DNA of 64,000 bases from Olavius algarvensis Delta 4 endosymbiont (lineage in GTDB: Bacteria; Desulfobacterota; Desulfobacteria; Desulfobacterales; CAJINA01). Position 1 is the stretch's first letter, and the number at the start of each line of letters is the position of its first letter. The notes under the pieces were generated by a model. The model saw nothing but the letters and a program-made list of their open reading frames with translations, was not told the DNA's origin and did no database searches. A program made the translations under genes and the position numbers. Location: positions 24,363-88,362 of the forward strand of contig CAJINA010000259.1 of the NCBI GenBank assembly GCA_905176665.1. The letters are read 5' to 3'. This document shows positions 19,585 through 29,064 of the stretch, piece by piece.

Positions 19585-20511
19585 TCAGTTGAGAATGTAC
19601 TTGTCCGGGTTTACCCGGATCCCGTTAAGCAGCACTTCGTAGTGCAGGTGGGGGCCGGTGCTTCTACCGGTACTGCCGATGGTGGCGATCTTATCGCCCC
19701 GTTTCACGACATCGCCGGTCTCCACCAGGATTTCATGGGCGTGGCCAAACCGGGTCATCATGCCGTGACCGTGGTCGAGCACCAGGGTTTTGCCCAGCAG
19801 GCCTTTATAGCCGGTGTAGGATACGATGCCGTCCGCCGTGGCGATAATCGGGGTTCCCTGTTGATTCGCAATATCAAGGCCTTTGTGAAATTCCCTCAAG
19901 CCGGTGAATGGCGATTTGCGGTATCCAAACCCGGATGTTTCCCAGCCGGTGGCCGGCCGGATGGCGGGAGTCGATGCCAGCAGGTTGATCTGGTCTTCCA
20001 GATAATTTATCAAGGTGCCGAAACTATTAGACTGCTTTTCGGTAGCTGTTTGAATCTGGTCGGTTTTTTCATGCATTTCCCGGATCAGGCTATTGTGCTT
20101 TTCCGTCAGGGGAATACTGGCGTCAATGTCTTCGGGTATGGATCCACCGACACCAAGGAGAGCGTCCCGATCGGCGGTTTTCTCGATATTCGCAATAATA
20201 CGGATCTTGTTTTCGAACTCATTAAGGGCCAGCAGCTTTGCTTTCAGGGCATTGATCTCCCCGGCGAACTGCTGCAACTGCTTGCGTTGGGAGGCAATTT
20301 CCTCGGTCTGGTTACTCAGCGCTAACTCCAAGTTTATCGTGTCGGATACCGTCACTTTTAGGCGCTGGTAATCGTGAATGATGTAGCCTGTGCAGGCCAA
20401 GGTTGCAATTACCAGCAGCGTCAACAGTTTGACCGCGGCCGACGACAGCGTGAACTGTCTGGCCCGGGTGCCGGTGTTGCTGAGTATAAAGAAGGAAATT
20501 GATTTGCGCAT
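19585..20511 (-). CDS. M23-family peptidoglycan metalloendopeptidase with N-terminal membrane anchor and coiled coil
   Basis: 308 aa with HKGLDIA and GSTGRSTGPHLHYEV, the LytM/M23 motifs. Confidence 0.9.
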   Translation of the reverse strand: MRKSISFFILSNTGTRARQFTLSSAAVKLLTLLVIATLACTGYIIHDYQRLKVTVSDTINLELALSNQTEEIASQRKQLQQFAGEINALKAKLLALNEFENKIRIIANIEKTADRDALLGVGGSIPEDIDASIPLTEKHNSLIREMHEKTDQIQTATEKQSNSFGTLINYLEDQINLLASTPAIRPATGWETSGFGYRKSPFTGLREFHKGLDIANQQGTPIIATADGIVSYTGYKGLLGKTLVLDHGHGMMTRFGHAHEILVETGDVVKRGDKIATIGSTGRSTGPHLHYEVLLNGIRVNPDKYILN

Positions 20512-20891
20512 TTTTAGAAGACGACTGCTCCAGTTCGTGTCTAAAGCCCCGCATAATAAGGTATTTTACGGCCGGCTTTTCGCTCGCCACCGGGGGCAAA
20601 CCACTCCCCGGGTCCGCCGCAAACGGAATGCGGGCTGTAAATTTTTTATCAGATAGCACAGTCATCCACAAACTGTCAATGATTTTAGTTGCTTTGGTGC
20701 TTTCTCGATCAATGCGCTCTGTTTTTTGACTGCCGCCCCCTTCCCTTTAAGCATTTCATTGCAGCTCGGCAGGCAACGTTGGCGCGGCCCTAAACCGCCT
20801 ATCAGCAAAGAAGCAACCGGCCATTCCAGATGGGTGGGGACACTGGCAGTTCGAGTAAGGCAAGCTATTTATTTTATAATTTCAGAAGGAT

Positions 20892-20923
20892 AAAAAAAAC
20901 GGGAGGGTGCGGGCCCCTCCCGT
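20892..20923 (-). terminator. rho-independent terminator of folD
   Basis: The minus strand reads ACGGGAGGG-GCCCGCA-CCCUCCCGU followed by UUUUUUUU. This is a 9-bp GC-rich stem located 28 nt after the folD stop. Confidence 0.85.
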
Positions 20924-20950
20924 CTAAAAAGTTGACTCGAATCGGTCGGT

Positions 20951-21859
20951 TTAAGCGATACCGAGTTTGAATTTAAGTGATTTCAGGGTGTTTTTCATCA
21001 GCATGGTGATGGTCATTGGTCCTACCCCCCCGGGTACCGGGGTAATGGAGCCGGCAATTTCCTTGGCGGCATCGAAATCCACGTCGCCTTTGAGGATCGC
21101 GATTGTCTTGCCGGTCTTTTCCGATACTTTTTCTCCCACGCGGTTGACACCGACATCGATAACGCATGCTCCGGGTTTGATCCATTCCGGTTTCACCAGG
21201 TCGGGTACCCCGGCGGCCACGATCAGGATGTCGGCGCGTTTGCAATGGGCCGCCAAGTCCTGCGTACCGGTGTGCACGACCGTGACGGTTGAGTTGGCGC
21301 CCACACCCTTCTGCAGCATCATGTTGGCGATCGGTTTGCCCACTATATTGGAGCGTCCCACGACGACTACTTCCGCGCCTTTGGTTTCCACCCCAGCCCG
21401 GATGATCATTTCCTGGATCCCGGCCGGCGTGCAGGGCGGAAACTTCACTTCATCGCCGCCAATCATGAGCCGCCCGACGTTGACGGGATGAAATCCGTCC
21501 ACATCCTTGTCCGGGTCGATGGCATTGAGGACTTTTTTCTCATCTACGTGTTTCGGCAGGGGCAGCTGAACCAGGATGCCGTTGATGGACTCATCGTTGT
21601 TGTATTTGTCGATGAGAGCCAGCAGGTCTTCTTCAGAGATATCAACGGGCTGCGTATCCTGAACTTCAGTAAACCCCAGGCGGTGTGCGGTTTTGATCTT
21701 CAAGGTAACGTACGAAATTGAAGCCGGGTTCTCACCTACGAGGATGGTGACCAGCCCGGGCACGACACCGTGTTTATCCTTGATCTCGGCCACTTCGGCC
21801 ATGATCTCTTCGAGAATCTCCTCGCGAATCTCAGTCCCCTTAATCAGCTTTGCAGACAT
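20951..21859 (-). CDS. folD: bifunctional methylenetetrahydrofolate dehydrogenase/cyclohydrolase
   Basis: The FolD pattern is present (ILVGENPASISYV, LVQLPLP, VVGRSNIVGKP, PVPGGVGPMT). The second ATG (21859) has better spacing to the AAGGAG ribosome-binding site than the track start at 21865. Confidence 0.9.
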   Translation of the reverse strand: MSAKLIKGTEIREEILEEIMAEVAEIKDKHGVVPGLVTILVGENPASISYVTLKIKTAHRLGFTEVQDTQPVDISEEDLLALIDKYNNDESINGILVQLPLPKHVDEKKVLNAIDPDKDVDGFHPVNVGRLMIGGDEVKFPPCTPAGIQEMIIRAGVETKGAEVVVVGRSNIVGKPIANMMLQKGVGANSTVTVVHTGTQDLAAHCKRADILIVAAGVPDLVKPEWIKPGACVIDVGVNRVGEKVSEKTGKTIAILKGDVDFDAAKEIAGSITPVPGGVGPMTITMLMKNTLKSLKFKLGIA

Positions 21860-21934
21860 GTTCATCTCCTTGTTTAGAAGTTGTTACGGAATTTTGCCTA
21901 AAGCCCCTCCGCAGGGCATATATACTTTGTGGGA

Positions 21935-21995
21935 GGGTTACTTTTATCTATGAAAGTAACCCTGTTTTAATATTTCAAACGAATGGGCATGTCAA
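21935..21995 (-). promoter_or_regulatory. candidate sigma-70 promoter of folD plus 5'-proximal stem-loop
   Basis: The minus strand has TTGACA (21990-21995), a 17-nt spacer and TATTAA (21967-21972). A 10-bp hairpin GGGTTACTTT/AAAGTAACCC follows at 21935-21962. Confidence 0.45.
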
Positions 21996-22032
21996 GAAAT
22001 CTCGTCTCTAAACATGGGGGGTCTCCTTTCAC

Positions 22033-22086
22033 CGAATCGAAATCGCAGGCGCTATCGGGATCGGGATCGATAATCGATTTCGAATG
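22033..22086. repeat. intergenic palindromic repeat element, copy B (related to 13033-13106)
   Basis: The arms are gaatcgaaatcg (22034-22045) and cgatttcgaat (22075-22085). It shares the 14-mer cgctatcgggatcg (22050-22063) with copy A. Confidence 0.7.
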
Positions 22087-22128
22087 CACTTTCGATGGAC
22101 GCGCTCAATAACCACGCTAAAACCAATT

Positions 22129-23166
22129 TCAAATCGGATACGGCACCGGCAAAAGTCCCGCTGTTTCGTCCAGTCCGAACATGAGATTCATGTTCTGCAC
22201 GGCCTGACCGGCTGCCCCTTTCACAAGATTGTCGATAGCGGACAGCAGAATCAGGCGTTTGGCGGCTGTATCCAGCCGGAATCCAATATCGCAAAAATTG
22301 CTTCCCCGAACGTGGGCTGAGTCCGGCGGCTGGCCATCGGGCCTTAGCCTGATAAAGGGTCTGTCGTTGTAAAAGGTTTCCAGGCAAGTACGGATATCGT
22401 CTGGCGACGCCTCTCGTTTGAGATTGGCGTACACGGTGGTCTGCATACCCCGGGACATGGGTACCAGGTGGGGCACAAAAGTGATATGAACGGCAGCACG
22501 GACCGCGTCCGACAGCACCTCATTCATTTCCGGGTTGTGCCTGTGCTGGGCCACTTTGTACGCCTTGAAGGACTCATGGACCTCGCAAAAATGGGTGGCC
22601 AGTGAAAGCGGCCGGCCGGCCCCGCTGACACCGGATTTTGAATCGGCAATGAGTGTGGCCGGATCAAGCCACCCGGCTTTCAAAAGCGGGACCAGCGGCA
22701 GCAGGACGCTGGTCGGGTAACAGCCGGGGTTGCCGATCAGCCTGGCTGCCTTTATCTGTTCGGCATACACTTCACACAGACCGTAGACGGATTCCTTGAG
22801 CAGTTCTCCGGCGCTATGCGGCTGGTAAGCGGATTCATAGGCGGCAATATCCTGGAACCTAAAATCAGCGGACAGGTCAACAATCTTTACTCCCTGGGCC
22901 AGCAGGTCCGGCACAAAGGCCATGGGCAGTTTATGCGGCAGGGCCATAAAGATCACATCTGCCGCCGCACCCAGTTTTGCAGGATCATAGGCTTCACAGA
23001 CCAGGTTCACCTGTCCGGCCAGGGCAGGATAAACCGCATCCAGCCGTTCACCAGCATATTGCCTGGAGGTAATCATTGTCAGATCAACGCCGGGATGCCC
23101 GGCCAGTATCCGCACCAGTTCGGCCCCGGCATATCCAGTTGCGCCTACGACAGCTGCTTTTATCAT
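22129..23166 (-). CDS. argC: N-acetyl-gamma-glutamyl-phosphate reductase
   Basis: 345 aa with VVGATGYAGAELVRIL and a GCYPT active-site region. Confidence 0.95.
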   Translation of the reverse strand: MIKAAVVGATGYAGAELVRILAGHPGVDLTMITSRQYAGERLDAVYPALAGQVNLVCEAYDPAKLGAAADVIFMALPHKLPMAFVPDLLAQGVKIVDLSADFRFQDIAAYESAYQPHSAGELLKESVYGLCEVYAEQIKAARLIGNPGCYPTSVLLPLVPLLKAGWLDPATLIADSKSGVSGAGRPLSLATHFCEVHESFKAYKVAQHRHNPEMNEVLSDAVRAAVHITFVPHLVPMSRGMQTTVYANLKREASPDDIRTCLETFYNDRPFIRLRPDGQPPDSAHVRGSNFCDIGFRLDTAAKRLILLSAIDNLVKGAAGQAVQNMNLMFGLDETAGLLPVPYPI

Positions 23167-23324
23167 TTTATTCCCTCACGTCGAAACTACCAGATTCTAT
23201 TGAGCCTGCAGGCCCAGAACTTTGGGGTAGCAAGCCCAAGGGTTCGAAGGGGCAAGGGTTTATATAAATTGCAAATTATCTTGCGGGAGCTGTCACAAGG
23301 ATGGATTTTGGTGACAGCTTCCAC

Positions 23325-24038
23325 CTATCCGCCCAGATAGGCCTTTTGCACTTCCGGATCTTCAAGCAGATCCGCCGAATTCCCTTCCAGGACCAATTCA
23401 CCGTTTTCGAGCACATAGCCGCGCTGGGCAAATTTGAGTGCCAGGCGGGCATTCTGCTCGACCAGCAAGATGGTGGTGCCGGCCCTGTTGATTTCCTTCA
23501 GGGCATCGAACATGCTCAACATCAGCAGGGGTGCCAGTCCCATGGAGGGTTCGTCCAGCAGCATGATCTTGCGGCCGCTCATGAAGGCGCGACCCACGGC
23601 CAGCATCTGCTGCTCGCCGCCGCTGAGGGTCCCGGAAGGCTGGTCGATCCGCTCATTCAGGCGGGGGAAGATTTCAAACACCTGCTCCATATCCGCCGTG
23701 ATGGCGGCCTTGTCCTTGCGCGCAAACGTCGCCAATTGCAGGTTTTCCCGCACCGTCAGGTTGCCGAACAGGCGCCGCCCCTCGGGAGCGTGCGAAATGT
23801 GCAACTCGCTGACGACCTTGTCGGCCGTGTAGTCGAGCAGATTTTGACCCATGAATTCCATCTTGGTGCCCGGATCGGCCGGCACCAGCCGGGAAATGGC
23901 CCGCAGCGTGGTGCTCTTGCCGGCGCCGTTGGCACCGATAATGGTGACGATCTCGCCTTCATCTATATGAAAATTGATACCGTGCAGCGCCTTGATCTTG
24001 TCGTAGGAAACCTGCAGATTCTCGATAATTAGCTGCAT
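23325..24038 (-). CDS. livF: branched-chain amino acid ABC transporter ATP-binding protein (LivF-type)
   Basis: 237 aa with Walker A GANGAGKST, signature LSGGEQQ and Walker B MLLDEPS. Confidence 0.9.
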   Translation of the reverse strand: MQLIIENLQVSYDKIKALHGINFHIDEGEIVTIIGANGAGKSTTLRAISRLVPADPGTKMEFMGQNLLDYTADKVVSELHISHAPEGRRLFGNLTVRENLQLATFARKDKAAITADMEQVFEIFPRLNERIDQPSGTLSGGEQQMLAVGRAFMSGRKIMLLDEPSMGLAPLLMLSMFDALKEINRAGTTILLVEQNARLALKFAQRGYVLENGELVLEGNSADLLEDPEVQKAYLGG

Positions 24039-24811
24039 CAGGTGACATCCTCCTTACCCAGGTACGCCTCGATGACCTGGGGGTTGTTCTGGATCTCGTC
24101 CGGGGTGCCCTCGGCAATAACCTCCCCGAAAACCAGGGTCTGTATGCGTTCACAAAGTTCCATGACAAATTTGAGTCGATGTTCGATAAGGAAAATAGCC
24201 ACGCCGAAATCGGCATGTACCTGGCGGATGATGGCGATCATCTGCTCGAGTTCTTCCGGCGTCATCCCGGCGGTGGGTTCATCCAAAAACAGGATCTTAG
24301 GCCGCGTGGCCATGGCCCGGGCCATCTCAACCCGGCGTTGGGCGCCATAGGGCAGACTGGTAACGAGTTGGTCCGCGAACTGGGCCACGTCGAACATCTC
24401 CATGAGTTCCAGAGAATGGGCTTCCACAGCGGCCTCTTCCCGGTGGCGTTTGCCCGTCCCGAAGAAGGCCCCGAACAGGCCGTAGGTAAGCTGGGAGTAG
24501 TGGGCCATTTTCACATGCTCGAGCACGTTCATGTGCCGCCAGAGCAGCAGGTTCTGAAACGTGCGGCCCAGACCCCGGGAGGCGACCTGATGGGGCATCA
24601 GCCCGAGGAGGTTCTGATCTTCCAGGCGTACTTGCCCTTCCGTGGGGGTATGGATCCCGGTTATCAGATTGAATATCGTGGTTTTTCCGGCACCGTTGGG
24701 ACCGATGAGCCCTTTGATTTCGCCGGGCTCAATCGTAAGATTGAAATCGTGCACGGCGCGCAGCCCGCCGAAAAAGTGAGTCATCTTTTCAACCTGGAGC
24801 AGGGGCATCAT
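24038..24811 (-). CDS. livG: branched-chain amino acid ABC transporter ATP-binding protein (LivG-type)
   Basis: 257 aa with GPNGAGKTT and LFLDEPTAG. It overlaps both neighbouring genes. Confidence 0.9.
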   Translation of the reverse strand: MMPLLQVEKMTHFFGGLRAVHDFNLTIEPGEIKGLIGPNGAGKTTIFNLITGIHTPTEGQVRLEDQNLLGLMPHQVASRGLGRTFQNLLLWRHMNVLEHVKMAHYSQLTYGLFGAFFGTGKRHREEAAVEAHSLELMEMFDVAQFADQLVTSLPYGAQRRVEMARAMATRPKILFLDEPTAGMTPEELEQMIAIIRQVHADFGVAIFLIEHRLKFVMELCERIQTLVFGEVIAEGTPDEIQNNPQVIEAYLGKEDVT

Positions 24812-26112
24812 TTACTCCTTGAACTGTTTTTGGGTTTGAGAAGTTTTTTAACATCGAACTCCCTGAAGGCGATCAGGCCGGTGGGCCGGTAAATCATGAC
24901 AAAGATCAGCAGCAGGGGGATAATAATCCACTTGAAAAGTTCCAGGGGCCGCAGGGCTTCACTGAGCAGGTTGATGCTCACCGCGCCCACAATGGAGCCG
25001 ACCACCGAATTGAGTCCGCCAAAATAGACCATTGCCAGGATTTCGGCCAGTTTCTGGACACCGAACGTACTCGGGTTCACGTACCGCAGCACGTGGGCGA
25101 ACAGCCCGCCGGCAATGCCGGCCCAGAAGGCGGCAAACATGAAAGTCGCCATTTTGGTCCGCCGGGTGTTGACGGTCATGGCATTGGCCGCCATCTCGTT
25201 GTCGCGGACGGCATTCAGAGCCTTGCCCATGGTGGAGCGGACAAAGTTGTTGATGACCCAGATACAGAGAACGGTCCAGGTGAAAACCACCGGCAGGGTC
25301 GACCAGTTCGGCTGGCTGCTCATCCCGCGCGGACCGCCCACGAACTCAGTGTTTTCGATAGCGCTTTTCACGATGAACATGAAGGCCAGCGAGATAATGG
25401 CCAGATAATCGCCCCGCGTCCGGAATGAGGGAATGGCCACGACCAGGGCCCCCAGGGACGCTACGAGCCCGCCCACGATAAGCGCCAGGGGAAAACACCA
25501 GGGTCCCAGGGCGACCGGTAGCAGAGCCGGCCCGAAGAGTTTGTCATCCGTAAACAACAGCAGCGTCATCGTTGAACTGCCGTACGCCCCGAGAGCCATG
25601 AAGCCCGGATGGGAACAGGAAAACTCACCCATGTAGCCATTGATGACGTTGATGCTCAGCGTCAGGATAATGGCGATCATGATCAGCTTGGCCACCAGGA
25701 TCCGGTAGTCGCTGAGGTCCGCCCATAGGAACAGCGCCCCATACAGCAGGAGCAGGTGCACGATGGTCGATATCGAGATCGGCAGATTGTCCAGTTTTGT
25801 GGCCAGACGGTTGGCCGGCCCACGGGAAAACCGGGTGACCAGGTAAATCGGCAAGATATAAATGAGGAACATGTAGATAAACGCACTGGGTATGAACAGT
25901 GGTTTTTTCAAGACAATCAAGGTGCCGAACAGCACCGGTATCTTGGGCAGTCCCACGACCAGCGCGACCAGGTTGCCGAAGAGATACTCTGCGAATACCG
26001 CGGCCAGGGCGCCGAACAGCCAGCCGAGGGTGGGCACGGTTTCGATCAGGTCCCACACGATACCGATCAGTTTGCCGCGTTTGGCACCGGCTTTGATGTT
26101 ATTTGCTTCCAT
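24808..26112 (-). CDS. livM: branched-chain amino acid ABC transporter permease (LivM-type) with N-terminal extension
   Basis: 434-aa polytopic protein, with a 4-nt ATGA overlap with livG. Confidence 0.8.
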   Translation of the reverse strand: MEANNIKAGAKRGKLIGIVWDLIETVPTLGWLFGALAAVFAEYLFGNLVALVVGLPKIPVLFGTLIVLKKPLFIPSAFIYMFLIYILPIYLVTRFSRGPANRLATKLDNLPISISTIVHLLLLYGALFLWADLSDYRILVAKLIMIAIILTLSINVINGYMGEFSCSHPGFMALGAYGSSTMTLLLFTDDKLFGPALLPVALGPWCFPLALIVGGLVASLGALVVAIPSFRTRGDYLAIISLAFMFIVKSAIENTEFVGGPRGMSSQPNWSTLPVVFTWTVLCIWVINNFVRSTMGKALNAVRDNEMAANAMTVNTRRTKMATFMFAAFWAGIAGGLFAHVLRYVNPSTFGVQKLAEILAMVYFGGLNSVVGSIVGAVSINLLSEALRPLELFKWIIIPLLLIFVMIYRPTGLIAFREFDVKKLLKPKNSSRSK

Positions 26113-26163
26113 ATCAATCCCTTTTATATGTCTAACAGTAGTCCAGTTACTGGATCTGCCTGA

Positions 26164-27087
26164 TTACAGTCTGAGTTGGGTGCTGTGGGCCTGACCGAAA
26201 AAGCCGTGCGGCCGGAAAGTCAGGATCAGCAGAATGATTGAATAGGCGATCAGGTCCCGCAGGGTCGACGGGAACACCATGGCCACAAAGATTTCAATGA
26301 ATCCAAGCAGAAACCCGGCCAAAGCCGCGCCGAGAATCGATCCGCGCCCGCCCAGAATGGCCGCGACAAAAGCCTTCCAGCCCAACAGGATGCCCATGTA
26401 GGGATCCAGCACGGGGTAGGCCATACCGTAGAGGATGCCGGCGGCGGCAGCCAGGGCCGAACCGATGGCAAACGTCATGGGCGCGATCACGTTGATGGAT
26501 ACCCCCATGAGCGGCACGGCCAGGTAATCGTAGGACATGGCCCGCATGGCCATTCCCCACTTGGTTTTCTGGATGAACAGGTGCAGGCCATACATCAAAA
26601 TGAGAGACACCCCCACGATAAGGGTTTTTTTATTGGTAACGAAAATCCCCCCCAGGTCGTAGGTGACCGATTCAATCAGGGACGGAAAACTCAGGCGCTG
26701 GGCACCGAACATGGCCAGGTTCCCGGTTTCCAGGATGATGCCGATCATCAGGCCGGTAATGGCAGCCGACGCCCGCGGCGCATCCCGCAGGGGCCGGTAC
26801 CCGATGCGCTCGACCAGCATGCCCACAAATGAGGTGAGGAACATGGAAATGACAATGGTCAGTATCAAGGTCAGCCAGCCGGGAATCATGAGACCGCCCA
26901 TGGCAAAAAGAGCCAGCAGCAAGCTGGCAATCCCGAACCCGATGTACGCCCCCACCATGAAAATATCGCCGTGGGCAAAATTGAAAAGCATCAAAATGCT
27001 GTAAACCATGGAATACCCGAGGGCAATCAGGGCATAGAAACTGCCCCACTGCAGGGCGTTGATGACGTTTTGAAGGAAGAATTCCAT
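26164..27087 (-). CDS. livH: branched-chain amino acid ABC transporter permease (LivH-type)
   Basis: The preferred start is MEFFLQNVINALQWGSFYALIALG at 27087. The ORF track extends to 27156. Confidence 0.85.
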   Translation of the reverse strand: MEFFLQNVINALQWGSFYALIALGYSMVYSILMLFNFAHGDIFMVGAYIGFGIASLLLALFAMGGLMIPGWLTLILTIVISMFLTSFVGMLVERIGYRPLRDAPRASAAITGLMIGIILETGNLAMFGAQRLSFPSLIESVTYDLGGIFVTNKKTLIVGVSLILMYGLHLFIQKTKWGMAMRAMSYDYLAVPLMGVSINVIAPMTFAIGSALAAAAGILYGMAYPVLDPYMGILLGWKAFVAAILGGRGSILGAALAGFLLGFIEIFVAMVFPSTLRDLIAYSIILLILTFRPHGFFGQAHSTQLRL

Positions 27088-27376
27088 TTGATAACTCCAG
27101 CGTATCAAGGCCTCTGAAAAACACCCCCTTTTGCTCCCTGCCGGCGTTGGGCTCAAATTTTAAGCCTCGAAATACGGAGCGTATTCCTTTGGTTAAAATC
27201 ATCACCCGCCATGGCCTGAACCAAAATTGGGTATTTTTCAAAGGCCTTGTATCTATTTATCAGGGCGGAAAAACGGGCCCCGGTTGTAACACCTTGACCG
27301 TCCTTCCGCCCTGGATAAATGGATACTGATTTTGACTTACAAGCGCCCCATAATCAGGCCGGCGCGCTCGGATCAG

Positions 27377-28570
27377 TTAATTCGGGCAAACTGACTTATA
27401 AAATTCATACTCGCCCTTGTCGCTGATCTTGACGATGACGGCGCATTTAATCGGATCGCCGTCTTCGGTAAAGGTCATACCACCGGTGATGCCGTCAAAG
27501 TTTTTAATCTTGGCAAACGCATCCCGGACAGCTTTGCGGTCTTTCTTGAGATCGCCGGTAATCTTGCCGGAATTCTCGATGGCCGTCTGGGCCAACCGCA
27601 GGGCATCCCAGGTCAGGGCACCCACGTCATCCGGAACATAGCCGTGCTCCTTGTTGTAACGGTCGATGAACGCCTTGGTGGCGCCGGTGGCACCGGCGGC
27701 CGCATAGTGTGTGCTGAAGAACTGACCGTAGCAGTCCTCGCCGCAAAGTTTTACGGTCTCGGCGCTGCCCCAGCTGTCGCTACCGACAACCGGTCCGTTA
27801 AAACCCAGTTCGTGGGCCTGCTTCACGATCAGGGCCACTTCATTGTAATACTGGGGCGTAAACAGGAACTGGGCCCCGGAATTTTTGATCACGGTCAGCT
27901 GGGCACTGAAATCAACGTCCTTGGTGGTGAAGCTTTCATAGGCTACCACGCTGCCGGCACCGTTGACTTCCTCCCAGGCTTTTTTGAAGAACTCGGCCAG
28001 GCCCTTGGGATAGTCGCTGGCCACGTCGTACAGAACCGCCGCTTTGGTGAAACCGAACTCTTCCTTGACGAAGTTGGCCACAACCGGCCCCTGGAAGGGA
28101 TCCAGGAAACAGCCGCGGAAAACATACGGACGGTCCTTGGTGGTATTGGGATTGGTAGACCAGGGGCTCACCATGGGCGTCATGTAGTTGTTGGCCACGT
28201 CGCCGGCCGGAACCGCCTGCTTGGAGGACTGCGGACCTACGATCACGAGCACCTCGTCTTCTGTAATCATCTTGGTGTTGGCCTTGACCGCGGATTCGGC
28301 TTTGGACTCATTGTCCTCGATTACCAGTTCCACGGGGTATTTCTTACCGCCAACTTCCAGGCCGCCCGCTTTATCGATGTCGGCTTTCCACATCTGGGCT
28401 GCGAATTTGGTGCCCTCCCCTACTTTGGGAATGTCACCGGTAATGGGGGCATTGATCCCGATCTTGATGGATTTCGTTTTCTGCCAGGGCCACTTGAAAC
28501 TCCAGGCATTACTTGAAAACACCAGTCCCAGGACCAGTATCATCACGACAAATGACAGATCTTTTCGCAT
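27377..28570 (-). CDS. livK: ABC transporter periplasmic amino-acid-binding protein (Leu/Ile/Val-binding family)
   Basis: 397 aa with a signal peptide. It is the first gene of the liv-type operon. Confidence 0.85.
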   Translation of the reverse strand: MRKDLSFVVMILVLGLVFSSNAWSFKWPWQKTKSIKIGINAPITGDIPKVGEGTKFAAQMWKADIDKAGGLEVGGKKYPVELVIEDNESKAESAVKANTKMITEDEVLVIVGPQSSKQAVPAGDVANNYMTPMVSPWSTNPNTTKDRPYVFRGCFLDPFQGPVVANFVKEEFGFTKAAVLYDVASDYPKGLAEFFKKAWEEVNGAGSVVAYESFTTKDVDFSAQLTVIKNSGAQFLFTPQYYNEVALIVKQAHELGFNGPVVGSDSWGSAETVKLCGEDCYGQFFSTHYAAAGATGATKAFIDRYNKEHGYVPDDVGALTWDALRLAQTAIENSGKITGDLKKDRKAVRDAFAKIKNFDGITGGMTFTEDGDPIKCAVIVKISDKGEYEFYKSVCPN

Positions 28571-28921
28571 TGTATCCTCCTTTGTTTCTGCCTCAGGAAC
28601 GAAGCGGGTTAGGGAAAAACTGGCAATACAGCAACAATCCGTTCTCTTACCATTTCAGCCAACTGTTTTCAATGCACAAATGTCACCACGGCAACAGATT
28701 TACAGCACCGGCACGGTAACGCTCGATAAATGAAGCCACCCCTATTTCTTGGTCCGCCGTGGAAATCGTGCTCTTGATTTTAAATGGCCCATCGCAGTGC
28801 CGAGACCTTTTTCGTTATCTCCCGCGGGGACCGGTTTCAGAGCTATCCATCGGGCACAAGGTCCCCACTCCGCTCTTTGAGCTACGCCGGGCAAGCAAGG
28901 CAGTTACTACTCAAGCTGTCT

Positions 28922-29064
28922 AAAAGCTGCCCAAAGGCGGATTTTGGTTCAAGATCAAGGCGGACATGAAAATTAAACCGGAGGAATACAGTGCGTATTT
29001 CGAGGATTTGAATTTCAGGTCCAACGCTGAGATTGGGCCAAAGGCCGCCTTTGGGCAACTTTTA
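28922..29064. repeat. nested inverted-repeat element abutting the pyk stop codon
   Basis: The outer 13-bp perfect arms are tgcccaaaggcgg (28928-28940) and ccgcctttgggca (29045-29057), extended by aaaag/ctttt. An inner imperfect hairpin runs about 28961-29021. The direct repeat aaggcgga occurs twice. Confidence 0.65.

Noticed and set aside
23289-23318. 9-10-bp hairpin (gagctgtcac / gtgacagct) just downstream of livF, considered as a terminator
   Set aside because: No U-run follows it on the minus strand and it has a long 14-nt loop. This is insufficient to call a terminator.
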